Assembly (NCBI RefSeq): GCF_009914755.1
Contig: NC_060940.1
Length of the DNA stretch: 64,000 nucleotides
Source of the DNA: the human T2T-CHM13v2.0 reference genome, Homo sapiens
Strand: one strand, 5' to 3'
The notes beneath the pieces were generated by a model, which was not told the DNA's origin, did no database searches, and saw only the letters and a program-made list of their open reading frames with translations. A program made the position numbers and the translations under genes. Positions 1-20,117 of this stretch are shown one piece after another. Within the stretch, counting starts at the first letter, position 1; each line of letters begins with the position of its first letter.

Positions 1-52
1 CAGTAGATATGCTAGTCTAAGTTTTAGGTAGTTATTTTTTGCATCCAGATAA

Positions 53-451
<399 letters not shown>

Positions 452-549
452 TAGGGTAGTTAGGGTAGCTGAGTAAAGTTGTATACGAGATGTCTACACC
501 ACTGGTTCCTAGACCCTTGGTTTGCTCTGACCAACAAAATAAAATCAAT

Positions 550-1395
550 ATTGGAGGCACCATTGTAGGATTGACAGCTTTTTATAAGTGCACAGTTCAC
601 TGGAGTTGTGCACCTGTCACCACAGTCAACTTTAGGACATTTTCATTACCTCGAAAAGAAACTCTGTATTCATTAGCACTCCCCTTCCATTGTCCTCTCT
701 CCCCGGTCCCTAGCAGCTGCTAATCTGCGTCCTGCCTCTTTGGATTTGCCTATTCTCAATATTCATATACAGGGAATCATACAATATGTATCCTTTTGTG
801 TGTCTTGGCTTCTTTCATTCACATAATGTTTTCAGGGTTCATCTGTGTTATAGTTTGTGTCAATACTTCATCCCTTTTTATGGTCAAATAATCTGTTGCA
901 TGGATTAATCACATTTTGTTTATTCATCGTTTGATGGACATTTGGATATTTTCCACTTTTTGCTATCATGAACAGTGCTGCTATATAGACATTCATATGT
1001 AAGTTTTTGTGTAGACATGTTTTCAGTTCTCTTGGATATTTAGGAGTATAGTTGCTGAGTCATATGGTAACTGGATGTTTAACCTTTTGAGAAGCTGCCA
1101 GCCTTTTTCAAAGCAGCTGCACCATTTTACATTCCCACCAGCAGCATATGAGGGCCATGATTTCTCCACATCCCAGTGAACACTTAACTATTATCGTCTG
1201 TCTTTTTAATTACGACCCTAGTGAATAAGAAATGCTATCTCGTTAGAGTTTCGATTTGCTTTTTCCCTGATGACTAATGATGGTGAGCATCTTTCTTGTG
1301 CATGTTGGCTATTAGTATGTCTTTGGAGAAACGTGTGTTTGGATCCATTGCCCACTTTTAACTGGGTTGTCTTTTTTTTTTAATTGGGTTGTAAT
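550..1395 (-). mobile_element. Old L1 (L1M/L1MB-type) 3' fragment
   Basis: Motifs such as ggaatcatacaatatgt, ccattttacattcccaccagca and tttccctgatgactaatgat are typical of the reverse-complement L1M 3' end. Confidence 0.75.
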
Positions 1396-1694
1396 GGAAT
1401 GAACAGAGGCATGGGGACAGGAAGCAGAGATCCTGGCCTGTGAAGAGCGAATGGCCTGTCTCTTCCTGAGCTCAAGAGTCAGGTGCCTGATCCAAGAGTG
1501 GGAAAAGATTGAAAAGATGGAGGCTGGGTTGGACTCACATGACAGTTGATTTGAGGCCCTTAGTAAGTCCCAGAGACATAATTTAAGAGAAAGACTTAAT
1601 TTAGAGAACCATTCAGATTTTTAGGCACGGAAGTAAAAAGATCAGGTAAAGCTGTAGCAATTACTGTATTTTATTTACCTACAAAAATAATTGA

Positions 1695-2473
<779 letters not shown>

Positions 2474-2604
2474 GAGAGACAACTTTTATAAAGGGAACAT
2501 AATTATGACTGGTATTTGGGGTTCTGTTGTATCGGGGGTTTTGTTGTTTCTGGTATTTGGGGTTCACATTGTATCTGGAGTAATTTATCATGTTTTTCCC
2601 TTAG

Positions 2605-2688
2605 CTTGCCAAGAAGTATCACCCTGACACAAATAAGGATGATCCCAAAGCCAAGGAGAAGTTCTCCCAGCTGGCAGAAGCCTATGAG
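2605..2688 (+). CDS. DNAJA3: DNAJA3 exon 3 (84 nt), [29 protein letters not shown]-domain HPD motif
   Basis: Acceptor tttttcccttag|CTT, donor GAG|gtaata; HPD tripeptide; phase 0-0. Confidence 0.96.
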
Positions 2689-2852
2689 GTAATATGACTT
2701 CGGTGCATGCGGTCACTGCTGTTCAGCTATGTGTATGAATCAAAGGTTGCATTGCTACCTGGGACAGCCTGGTGTGTCATACAGTCCAGTGTGAAGGCCA
2801 TGTCCCTGCGCCAAGTAATCTTGTTAAGAAAAATAAAAAAAAAGAGATTCCA

Positions 2853-6140
<3,288 letters not shown>

Positions 6141-6578
6141 TATTGTCGTTGCTGTTACTTCTGTTACTCCGGTTGTTCTGGCTTGCAGAAAACCTTTCGA
6201 TGAAGGTAAGGGTAGGAAGCATAAATTCTCTACGAGGTAATGTCCCCTGAGGAGAGAGGTGAAGTGTGAATCTGTGAAGAATCCAGGGTGCCTGTGAGGT
6301 CAAGCGAGGATCAACACAAACATTTTCCCAGCATGCGCGACGGCGGGAGAGTTCGTGAGACTTTTGGAAGCACTTCACGCCCTACACTTAGCATTCAGTT
6401 TGGTCATCTCATCCCTCTTCTAGGTGCTAGTCACAGGCCCACCCCAACCTCATAGGATGTGTTTGCACACAGGGCCACTTAATAAATGTTATGGCTGCCT
6501 TATTTGCTGTGAACTCTTGTCTGTATTCCTGGGCCTTGGTAGACCTGGGATGCCCAGTGGCTCTGCCTTTCACTGTAG

Positions 6579-6779
6579 GTTTTGAGTGATGAGGTGAAGA
6601 GGAAGCAGTACGATGCCTACGGCTCTGCAGGCTTCGATCCTGGGGCCAGCGGCTCCCAGCATAGCTACTGGAAGGGAGGCCCCACTGTGGACCCCGAGGA
6701 GCTGTTCAGGAAGATCTTTGGCGAGTTCTCATCCTCTTCATTTGGAGATTTCCAGACCGTGTTTGATCAGCCTCAGGAA
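6579..6779 (+). CDS. DNAJA3: DNAJA3 exon 4 (201 nt), VLSDEVKRKQYDAYG...FDQPQE, J-domain helix IV and G/F-rich region
   Basis: Acceptor ctttcactgtag|GTT, donor GAA|gtaagt; overlaps ORF 6582..6821. Confidence 0.96.
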
Positions 6780-7471
6780 GTAAGTTCCTCACTTGGAAGA
6801 ATTATTCAAATTTTAGACTAAGTATGGGTCAAACAAATTTTTTTATCAGTTTCTGTTTCTCAGAAAGGCAAGGCAGCTTAAATGGAGTGATCTGGAGGCA
6901 GCCATTTTAGTAGAAAATAATTTCAGTATTTGAAAAATCGCATAGGTAGTAATGAGTATGTCCATTCTGATGGTATTCTTAACAGTTGCATAATGAGGTA
7001 GCACCTAAGGCTTTCAGAGCCCATGAGGGTGTGAGTGTTGTCTCTCATCTGCTACAGTATTCCAGGAGAGTTCTGTCCGGTGGGAAGGCACTGCTGATCC
7101 TCTCTCATTTATGTCCTTATAAGACACTGTCAGAGTGGAAGAGAGAGGGGATATATTTATGATCTAAATTATGATTGTGGATCATTCAGGCTGTTTTTAA
7201 GTGCCATGTACGAGTATTTATCTGTGAACATTTTCAGTCTGTTGAAAGTACGTTTTCATTTAAGTCATACATTATCTCTTAAAAATCCCAAAGAGTAGGG
7301 CAGAATTCGTTCAGTGAGTCCTACCTATGCTTACTTGGCAGAGTGCAAGTAAGTACAGTGGTGAAAGAGTGACTGAAAATGTGGGCCAGTACCCTCCTTT
7401 CCCTTTAGAGCCGAGCGTCAGTTTTGGTCGTTGCAAACAAAAGTTGACAGGCTGTCCCTTGGTTTCTTTAG

Positions 7472-7624
7472 TACTTCATGGAGTTGACATTCAATCAAGC
7501 TGCAAAGGGGGTCAACAAGGAGTTCACCGTGAACATCATGGACACGTGTGAGCGCTGCAACGGCAAGGGGAACGAGCCCGGCACCAAGGTGCAGCATTGC
7601 CACTACTGTGGCGGCTCCGGCATG
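7472..7624 (+). CDS. DNAJA3: DNAJA3 exon 5 (153 nt), YFMELTFNQAAKG...CERCNGKG...CHYCGGSGM, zinc-finger repeats 1-2
   Basis: Acceptor ggtttctttag|TAC, donor ATG|gtaagg; two CxxCxGxG motifs. Confidence 0.96.
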
Positions 7625-8220
7625 GTAAGGCTCTGCCCGAGACTCCACCTCCCACGGCTTGCACCACTGACTGAGAAGAGCTGGTTGTGGCACTGCTCCC
7701 AGAGAACGTATGCTGGGAATTGGGGGAGTTGGTGAACTCAGCCTGGCTGTCTTTCCCCCGTGACCCTGAGGAGACGAGCCTGTGCTCCTCTTTCCCTGAT
7801 ACCACAGGCTCAGCAACCAGAGCACAGCAGCTCCGGGGGCGGGGCGGGGGATTGCATCCAGTTGTCACTTTCTTCTTTATTTTTCTAACAATTGCTTTGG
7901 TAATTCAAGGGGAAATAATCGTTTTTAAATGTACTGTTCAGCTCCCAGGAGTCTTCAGGTACTTCTGTAGACAGGCGGTATCATATTTTTCAGTGTCGTG
8001 TGGTCAAGTTGATGATCTGGAGTGCAGAAGTTTGTGTGTTCTAGAAAATCAGATGAACAGATTGAGGCCCTGCACCTGGGTTCCTAGGCAGTGTGTTTGA
8101 GTGCACATGCACATAAAAAACAAGCCTTAAAGAGACATTTTTCTTACGCACATTGTGGTCCCAGAACCACCCATCAGTTTACCTGCGTACTTAGGTTACC
8201 ATTTTTCTTGTTTTTATCAG

Positions 8221-8368
8221 GAAACCATCAACACAGGCCCTTTTGTGATGCGTTCCACGTGTAGGAGATGTGGTGGCCGCGGCTCCATCATCATATCGCC
8301 CTGTGTGGTCTGCAGGGGAGCAGGACAAGCCAAGCAGAAAAAGCGAGTGATGATCCCTGTGCCTGCAG
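8221..8368 (+). CDS. DNAJA3: DNAJA3 exon 6 (148 nt), ETINTGPFVMRSTCRRCGGRG...CVVCRGAG...IPVPA, zinc-finger repeats 3-4
   Basis: Acceptor tttttatcag|GAA, donor CAG|gtgggt; two CxxCxGxG motifs. Confidence 0.96.
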
Positions 8369-9604
8369 GTGGGTGCTTGGGCCCGCCATGTCCAGGAGCT
8401 TGGAGAGGGCAGACAGGGTTGAGGCTACCACACCGTGTGGAGAGGGTGGACAGGGCCGAGGCCACTGCACTGAGTGTGAGTGGGCTCTTGGTAGAAGTTA
8501 TGGTTGAGGCCCTGGAGCCCCAGGCTGGAGGAGGAACTGGAGTCTCCTTGAATCTTTCTGTTTCTGCCAGTTATCCTTAAAATTTACACTTTGCATGTCA
8601 CAATGGGGAGAAGAGACCTGACGTGCCTACTCTGCTTCTTCCTGGTGAGGGAGCAGCTTCCAACCCCCGGGCTCCTCTCCTCTCTCCCCTGTCTTAGTCA
8701 CCGAAGCCATCATTGTCCCTGCTGCCACCCTATCTACATCAGCCCCACGGATCCCACCCCTCACTCCATGTCTACTGTTCCCTTGCCCAAAACTCACTTT
8801 CTGCTTTCTTTTTTCGGTTAACTTTATTCATCTTGGAGATCCCAGCTTGAGTATCCCTTCCCTAGCTAGCCTCACACCCTCCTCCCTGTTCTTTTTTTTT
8901 TCTTTTTTGAGACGGAGTCTCGCTCTGTCACCCAGGCTGGAGCGCAGTGGCCCGATCTCGGCCCACTGCAAGCTCTGCCTCCCAGGCTCATGCCATTCTC
9001 CTGCCTCAGCCTCCCAAGGAGCTGGGACTACAGGCACCTGCCACCACACCCAGCTAATTTTTTGTATTTTTAGTAGAGACGGGGTTTCATCGTGTTAGCC
9101 AGGATGGTCTCGATCTCCTGACCTCGTGATCCACCCGCCTCGGCTTCCCAAAGTGCTGAGATTATAGTCATGAGCCACCGCGCGTGGCCTGCTTTACTGT
9201 TGTTTAGATGTCTGTTTCTCTAGAGTTGTGAGCATTTCCATTGAAGAGCATGTCTCTGTTTGTAGTTATGCATTAGTGCTATCGTTTGGTTAACACCCAT
9301 CACCCCAGTGAGACCATGAACTCCCTGAGGTACTGCCTAGACCAAGCCTGAGGCAGGTGCTCAGTCATCAGGTGTCTGTGTTGCATCTCTGGAAGGTTAC
9401 CCATGTGCCTCTTAGATAATGACATTGTTCCTCGTTAATAAGAAACAGGAGTGGGGAAGAAGCTGTGGGTTACAAGTGGATCTTGGGTGGAAAGTGCTGT
9501 GGGAGGTCTCACAATAACTGCTCCCTTTCTTTTTTTTCTTTTTCTTTTCTTTTTTTTTTTTTTTTTAAGACGGAGTCTCGCTCTGTTGCCAGGCTGGCGT
9601 GTAG

Positions 9605-9718
<114 letters not shown>

Positions 9719-9867
9719 TAGTAGAGACCAGGTTTCACCATGTTGGCCAGGATGGTCTCGATCTCTTGACGTCATGATCTGCCCGCCTCGGCCTCCCAAA
9801 GTGCTGGGATTACAGGCGTGAGCCACCGCGTCCTGCCTAACTTCTCCCTTTCTAATGTCCCTTGTAG

Positions 9868-9932
9868 GAGTCGAGGATGGCCAGACCGTGAGGATGCCTG
9901 TGGGAAAAAGGGAAATTTTCATTACGTTCAGG
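9868..9932 (+). CDS. DNAJA3: DNAJA3 exon 7 (65 nt), (G)[21 protein letters not shown]
   Basis: Acceptor cccttgtag|GA, donor AGG|gtaggt; frame continues from exon 6 (phase 1). Confidence 0.95.
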
Positions 9933-11093
9933 GTAGGTGCCCTGCCCCGCACAGCTTCTGTTGGGCCTTTCCTCTCTTCGGGTGGGTGTGGCTGAGGCTG
10001 CTCCCATGTAATCAAAGCTTCACAGGAACATGTCTCGCCATTCATGTTTCTGAGGGGCACAGTGGCCACCTAGATGTGGTTTTTAGCTGTTTGTTACCTT
10101 CAAGATTCTGTGCCTTGTGTGGAGAGAAGACAACTTCTTCAACATGCTAACAAGTTAGAAATACAGGTCACATAAAAATACAGGAAACATCTTGTGTTTT
10201 TATGATAAGATTGTTGATGAGGCAGTGAGTGTGAAAGTTACAATTTTACATACTGTATACAGGGGCAAACCTTGGTTTTCTGAGATGGTGGAAACATTAA
10301 TGAAGACAATGCCTTCTACTGGCAATTGCCCTCCTATGTGTACACCTGAGAAAAACCCACACAAGCCTAGCAGGCGATAGGTACAAAGGGGTGCACAAGA
10401 GTCCTGTCCATGGTAGCAAGACACTGCCTTCCTCCAACAAGAGAATGGCTCAGTGAGCCGTGGTGGTCAGAGGCTGCTGCAGGGCAGTCGGAAGGAAAGA
10501 ATGAGAGCTGAACTCAAGGGATGCTCCAGGCGTTGCAGGTACAGACAGCAGGGATGGAAGGCAGCTTGCCAGTGGCTGTAGGGCCTCAGAGACCATCTGT
10601 GTAAAGTTTTAAAACCTGTGAGATGGCATTATGTATTATTTAGGGACACGGAAATACATAGTAAGTAGAAGCTTGTAGGAATGATAAATGTTAAAGTCAG
10701 GGTTGTGGTTAGCTGAGGAGGGCAAGACTCACCGGTGTTTATGATGTTTTATTTTATTTTACTTTATTTTTTGAGGTGGGGTATTGCTTTGTTGCCTAGG
10801 ATGAAATGCAGTGGGGCAGTCTTGGCTCACTGTAGCCTCAGACTCCCTGGGCTCAGGTGATCCTCCCACCTCAGCCTCCTGAGTAGCTGGGACTACAGGC
10901 ACACGCCACCAGGCCCGGCTGACTTTTGTATCTTTAGTAAAGATGAGGTTTCACCATGTTGCCCAGGGTGGTCTCAAACCCCAGGGCTCAAATGATCCAC
11001 CCACCTTGGCCTCCCAAAGTGCTGGGATTACAGGTATGAGCCACTGCGCCCGGCCTGTGATATTTTGTTACCTCCACTGGGTTGTGGGTATGA

Positions 11094-11249
<156 letters not shown>

Positions 11250-12089
11250 TGAGTAGCTGGGACTACAGGCATGCGCCACTACACCCAGGTAATTTTTGTA
11301 TTTTTAGTAGAGATGGGGTTTCACCATGTTGGCAGGCTGGTCTCGAATTCCTGACCTCAGGTGATCCACCCACCTTAGCCTTCCAAAGTGCTGGGATTAC
11401 AAGCGTGAGCCACCACGGCTGGCCTATACTTTCTAATAAAGTAAGATTTTTTTTTTTTTTTTTTTGAGGTGGAGTCTCGCTCTGTTGCTCAGGCTGGAGT
11501 GCAGTGGTGTGATCTCTGTTCAGTGCAAACTTCATCTCCCAGGTTCAAGTGGATCTTCTGCCTCAGCCTCCTGAGTAGCTGGGATTACAGGGGCCCGCCA
11601 CCACACCTGGTTAATTTTTGTATTTTTAGTAGAGACAAGGTTTCACCATGTTGGTCAGTCTGGTCTCAAACTCCTGACCTCAGGTGATCCACTCACCTTG
11701 GCCTCCCAAAGTGCTGGGATTACAGGTGTGTGCCACTGTGCCTGGCTAAAGTAAGATTAAAAAAAAAAAATCAAAAGCCAGTTTTACATTTTTGTTTCCC
11801 TTCACGATTGAATGGCTTGATCTGAGACTGAGGAAATCCAGGCACGCTTCCATTTCGGCATTTCAAGTGTGTAGAACATTGCAGTGTTGAAATATGTAGA
11901 ACATGTCATTCCTGGGCCTGGGATGGTGTCTCCTTGTTGGAAGGACAGTTCTTTCCCTCAACACTGCACTTTATGTATGGAAGGGGTGTGTAGTTTGTCA
12001 GGTCTGAGCTTGGGCCTGGCCAGGCATGCAGCTGGTGTTTAGTCTGCAGTGGACTTATCTTCACATGCATCTGTCATGTTTGGCCTTAG

Positions 12090-12218
12090 GTGCAGAAAAG
12101 CCCTGTGTTCCGGAGGGACGGCGCAGACATCCACTCCGACCTCTTTATTTCTATAGCTCAGGCTCTTCTTGGGGGTACAGCCAGAGCCCAGGGCCTGTAC
12201 GAGACGATCAACGTGACG
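12090..12218 (+). CDS. DNAJA3: DNAJA3 exon 8 (129 nt), VQKSPVFRRDGADIHSDLFISIAQALLGGTARAQGLYETINVT
   Basis: Acceptor ggccttag|GTG, donor ACG|gtaaga; DnaJ C-terminal domain signature (FRRDGAD...ALLGG). Confidence 0.96.
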
Positions 12219-13512
12219 GTAAGAGGGTGTGAGAACACCTTTGTCACCCCTGTACTTTATTGCTCTTTTTCTGAAATGGAAAAGAACTGACCAGTGGCCT
12301 GGAACCCATGAGTGACCAGCATGTGGGGGGGCACTCACAGGGGAGGACATGAGGAATTTTAGGCTGCTCCTTGAGTGTGGACCACAAGCCACAGGCCTTG
12401 ACTCTATAATCGCATGGGAAGCAGTTCCTGGCTGGCATCACTCCCACACTGGTTAGCGGGGCCTGGGAACTGGGCGCATTCAGGACACAGAAGGGTTCAC
12501 CCTGGGTTGTGCTCTCTGCACTTGCTTCTGTCCAGTGTCTGGCTCCAAGAGCAGAAGACTCGGGCGGTGCATATCCCTTTTGCCACAGTGATGGCTGCCT
12601 GTGTGCTGCCAGCACCTGTCCCCCACCTCTCTCTTGACCTGCCCCTCCAGCTCTTCCCACCTCCAGGCCACATCATTCTCTGTATTCGCCTCAGAACCTT
12701 CTCCAGCTTCTTTGTGGGGAACCTTGGGGTAACCTCCATGAAGGAGGTGGGCATTTTGGGCCAAGGCTTTCTCCTCCATCTGGGGGCTATTCCCTGGCTT
12801 CTCCAGGGTCCTGTGGTTCCAAGGGCCAGGGAGCGACCTCAGCCACGCACCCTGTATTGGCTTTTCCTGCTTTGCTCCCTCACTCCTGCTTCCTGGGCTC
12901 ACTTGCCCAAACTCTTGCCCCCTCATCCTAGTCACAGGCTCTGCTCTGGGCAGACCCAACTTAGCTCATTTCCATGTGCTTGTGGGCGGGCTTGGCCCAG
13001 AAACCCAAGTGGTGGTTCTTTTTTTTTTTTTGAGATGGAGTCTCGCTTTGTCGTCAGGTGCACGCCACCACACCTGGCTAATTTTTTGTATTTTAGTAGA
13101 GACAGGGTTTCACCGTATTTCCCAGGCTGGTCTTCAACTCCTGATCTCAGGCAGTTCACCCGCCTCGGCCTCCCAAAGTGCTGGGATTAAAAGGCGTGAG
13201 CCACTGCGCCCAGCCCAGTGGCAGTTCTTTTTTTTTTTTTTTTTTTTTTTTGAGACAGAGTCTTGCTCTGTCGCCAGGCTGGAGTGCAGTAGCGCGATCT
13301 TGGCTCGTGGCAATCTCCGCCTCCCAGGTTCAAGCGATTCCCACCTCAGCCTCCTGAGTACCTGGGCCTACAAGCACGCGCCACCATGCCTGGCTAATTT
13401 TTTGTATTTTAGTAGCGATGGGGTTTCACCATGTTGGCCAGGAAGGTCTCAATCACCTGACCTCGTGATCTGCCTGCCTCAGCCCCCCAAAGTGCTGGGA
13501 TTACAGGCATGA

Positions 13513-13671
<159 letters not shown>

Positions 13672-13936
13672 TGAGTAGCTGAGATTACAGGTGCACGTTA
13701 CCATGCCCTGCTGATTTTTGTATTTTTAGTAGAGACGGGGTTTCATCATGTTGGCCAGGCAGGTCTTGAACTCCTGACCTCGTGATCAGCCTGCCTCGAC
13801 CTCCCAAAGTGATGGGAGCGTGAGCCAGTGGTAGTTCTTTTCAAGGAATTCCTATCAAGATTGTCTTCATGTAGTGAAAACTTTTTATTTGAGCAACTGG
13901 GGACCAGGGGAAACCACAGATTTTCTTTCTTTATAG

Positions 13937-14052
13937 ATCCCCCCTGGGACTCAGACAGACCAGAAGATTCGGATGGGTGGGAAAGGCATCCCCCGGATTA
14001 ACAGCTACGGCTACGGAGACCACTACATCCACATCAAGATACGAGTTCCAAA
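13937..14052 (+). CDS. DNAJA3: DNAJA3 exon 9 (116 nt), IPPGTQTDQKIRMGGKGIPRINSYGYGDHYIHIKIRVP(K)
   Basis: Acceptor ttctttctttatag|ATC, donor CAA|gtaagt; IPPGTQ...GKGIP DnaJ motif. Confidence 0.96.
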
Positions 14053-14147
14053 GTAAGTGCCCCCTAGGCTGTGGCCAAGCCCGCCTGGTCCTGCGGTGGC
14101 ACTGCCCTTGGAGCTCTGTGGCTTGGGCAGGTTACTGCTCCCTGTAA

Positions 14148-14405
<258 letters not shown>

Positions 14406-14581
14406 TAGCCAGAGTGGCCTCAATCTCCTGACCTAGTGATCCACCCACCTTGGCCTCCCAAAGTGTTGGGATTACAGGCGTGAGCCACCATGCCCGGCCA
14501 GAATGGTCGACTTCTTGGAGTTGTTGGGAGAATTAAATGAACAACACATAGGAATTGCTTTGCTGCTGCTGCTATTGTTGA

Positions 14582-14791
<210 letters not shown>

Positions 14792-15603
14792 TAATCTCGA
14801 ACTCCTGACCTCAGGTGATCTGCCCACCTTGACTTCCCAAAGTGGTGGGATTACAGGTGTGAGCCAGCACGCCTGGCCCGTTGCTTTTCTTGTTGATGTT
14901 ACTAGCACTGTTAGGAGCTGGAGAGGTGGCCTGGGCAGAGTGCTGTGGGTACCTAGGGCGGGACATGCCTGACTCCCCTCGGGAGCACTCATGCTTTTTG
15001 TTAATTAGATAATTTCTTTTTTTTTTTTTGAGATGGTGTCTAGCTCTGTCTCTAGGTGGAGTTCAGTGGTGCAATCTCCACCTCCCAGATTTAAGCAATT
15101 CTCCTGCCTCAGCCTCCCAAGTAGCTGGGACTATAGGCATGTGCCGCCACGCCCAGCTAATTTTTGTATTTTCAGTAGAGACGGGGTTTCACCTTGTTGG
15201 CCAGGATGGTCTCTATCTCCTGACCTTGTGATCCGCCCACCTTGGCCTCCCAAAATGCTGGGATTACAGGCATGAGCCACTGCGCCTGGCCTAATTAGAT
15301 AATTTCTTACTTGCTTCACATACACACTGGTAAAATCTGTTTCCCCTCCTGTAAACTGTATTTAGCATAGCCACAGTGACACTTGTTTAAATGACTTAGT
15401 GTAGGGTGTTTTAGGAGCTTTTCTGTACAGAAGCTTTGAGGGCATGGTCCTTAGGTTCTCACCGCTGCACTGGCTCAGGGTGTCCGCCCCTGCCAAGGTT
15501 GGGTCCCTCTCTTCCCATGTGCTGCGAGGGTGCTGGCTGCCTGTGAGTTCTTTCCAAAGCTTCCCGGCGGAAGCCTTGGCTGCTGACTCTGCTCGGTCCA
15601 CAG

Positions 15604-15701
15604 GAGGCTAACGAGCCGGCAGCAGAGCCTGATCCTGAGCTACGCCGAGGACGAGACAGATGTGGAGGGGACGGTGAACGGCGTCACCCTCACCAGCTCT
15701 G
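15604..15701 (+). CDS. DNAJA3: DNAJA3 exon 10 (98 nt), RLTSRQQSLILSYAEDETDVEGTVNGVTLTSS(G)
   Basis: Acceptor ctgactctgctcggtccacag|G with ctgac branch point, donor CTG|gtaagg; phase 2 to phase 1. Confidence 0.95.
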
Positions 15702-16678
15702 GTAAGGAGTCTGAAGACTACATGGTGACACGTGGGGGCCTCAGAGCCCCCCAGGGTATGGACAATTCAGGGCAGCATGTTGGGGTTTCCACTTCGGGTT
15801 CTTCATGAAGCCTTTAAAATGTGCAGTTGAAAGAGGGGGGCTGTGGGCGGGGACAGCGGGCAGGGAGCCGCAGCCCCCAGTCCAAGCTTCGCCTCCTCTC
15901 TCTGTGTGTGTTTCTGTGCTGAGGTGAGAGCACCAGGGCACTTCCTGCAGGCAGCTCTGCGTGTCTCAGACCCAGTGTTCTGAGTTCTATTCTTGGTTCT
16001 GCCACTTGCCCTGTGACCTCGGACAAATCCTTCCCTGAGAGCTCCTGGCAAAAGCGTAAGGAGAGAGCATGGATTGGAAGGATTTGTGCACTTCCCACCT
16101 GGGACACTCCGCCAGGATTTCAGAGTGTCTTAAAACAACAGCAGCCACAGCAGTGGAGCCGCAGTCAGCAGACTCCGTCCGCCGCTTTAGAGCAGGACTC
16201 CCTCCAAGTTATCTAGCCGTGAACAGATGCACCATTTACCCTGAGCTCAGACATCGTGCTAGCGAGTGGCTGTGTTAGGGATCTGTCACCAGAACACCTG
16301 CTGTGGGCGCTGAGACAATGGCACCCCAGCTGCAGCCCCTCTTCCCATGGGGTCTGGGGCCTCTTTCCTGGGACTCCTGGCTCAGGGCAGGGCAGGCTGT
16401 GCCCAGGGGTCCTTGGTTCAGGCGGCATGTATTTCCTCCTCATTGCATCATTTTGTTTTTGTTTGGATCCTGGGTGGAGTTCTCAGAACTTGAGCAGCCT
16501 TAGATTAGTGCATGGTAATTCGTAGCAGGTGTTTGGAGCTGGGGGCCGATTTTCCAATAAAGTGGAGGATTTGGAGCTCCAGGGGCAGGGGCAGGGGCTG
16601 GGATGGAAGTCCCTGGAATTTCACTGAGCTCCTGTTGCTCCCAGGGGACTGGAATTCCTCTGTTAAAAAGCAGCTGCC

Positions 16679-18965
<2,287 letters not shown>

Positions 18966-19499
18966 TTTATGTAGCCTCCCTCACCCCTTCCCGGGGACCT
19001 GTGGCCCCAAACTTTGGACCTTTCACTAGCGAAGGCACCTTCTTACTTAGACTGAGGCCTTTACTCTTTTATGCACTGTGCGTGGCCTAGGTCTCTGAGC
19101 ACATTAAAAATGAGCTCTACAATTAACATGCCAAGTTCAGGTCTATATTCTAACTCACAACAAAAGTGTGCACTCCTTGTCTAGTAGTTGGCAAATCTGT
19201 AACACGTTTGTGTGAGAAAGTACCTCTAGATGGTGTCAGCCTGGGCCCTAAAGAAATTGCAGCACAGCTTCCCTAGGTTGAGAGCATTTAGGTTAGGTGC
19301 CCCAAATGGGGACAACTTGCTCAGGGAGATAGACTGCTGATGTGAGGGATGAGATGGAGTGCCTGTGACAAAGGATTGTGCGTGGCCGTGACTCCCACAT
19401 GGGCTGTTCTGCAGGGTCTTTGCGCACACAGCAGCATGGAATCTGGCCAGTTGGTCTAGAGTAGGGTTTTTCTTGGCAGTCATTATTTACCTTCTTATA

Positions 19500-19700
19500 G
19501 CCAACAGCATGGTGGTTGAGTCTCAGCTTTGGAGTCAGACTGCATGGGCTCGCACTCAGTCCTCCCTCCCGCTTGTTGGCTCTGTGGCCTTGGGTAAACC
19601 CTGTAACCTCTCTGTGCCTCCTTTTTTTGTTTTTTCATCTGTGAAATTTGCCTGTAAGGAAGTGTATGGCCTGGCCTGGGAGGTGCCTGGCACTTGACTG
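19500..19700 (+). mobile_element. MIR fragment
   Basis: ctttggagtcagactg...ctgtggccttgggtaa...aacctctctgtgcctc...tcatctgtgaaat matches the MIR core. Confidence 0.7.
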
Positions 19701-20013
19701 TGTTTTTGTCACTGTTGCTCAGATAGAGACAGCTGTCATAGTCCGTCTCTATTTCTTGTTTCCCTGCTGTGGGTCCTTGATTGAAAGAGCAGTTGGGAGA
19801 CCCTCAGGCTCTGAGTGGCCTGTTCACCTCAGTCGTCTGCAAGGTGAGGCATCCTGTGCCATCTTAGGAGTGGCCCCCACTCTTCTTGAGGTGGCACTTG
19901 GCCGCTTCTTGAACGTGGGCCCCTGGGTGGCCAGGCGGGGGTAGGTGGGCCCTGGGATGTGACTGTGGAAGTGCAGGCCCATGACGCCAGTTCTTTCTGC
20001 TGTTTGTGCCCAG

Positions 20014-20117
20014 GTGGCAGCACCATGGATAGCTCCGCAGGAAGCAAGGCTAGGCGTGAGGCTGGGGAGGACGAGGAGGGATTCCTTTCCAAACTTAAGA
20101 AAATGTTTACCTCATGA
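20014..20117 (+). CDS. DNAJA3: DNAJA3 exon 11 coding part (long isoform Tid1L C-terminus), GGSTMDSSAGSKARREAGEDEEGFLSKLKKMFTS*; exon continues to 20130
   Basis: Acceptor tgtttgtgcccag|GT, TGA at 20115-20117, donor GAG|gtagga at 20130/20131. Confidence 0.95.

Noticed and set aside
12414-13190. 258-aa ORF in DNAJA3 intron 8
   Set aside because: No recognisable domain, it runs into an Alu, and there is no promoter or poly(A) support.
15601-15606. NAGNAG acceptors (CAG GAG at exon 10; TAG GAG at exon 7)
   Set aside because: Distal GAG acceptors are rarely used, and there is no supporting evidence.
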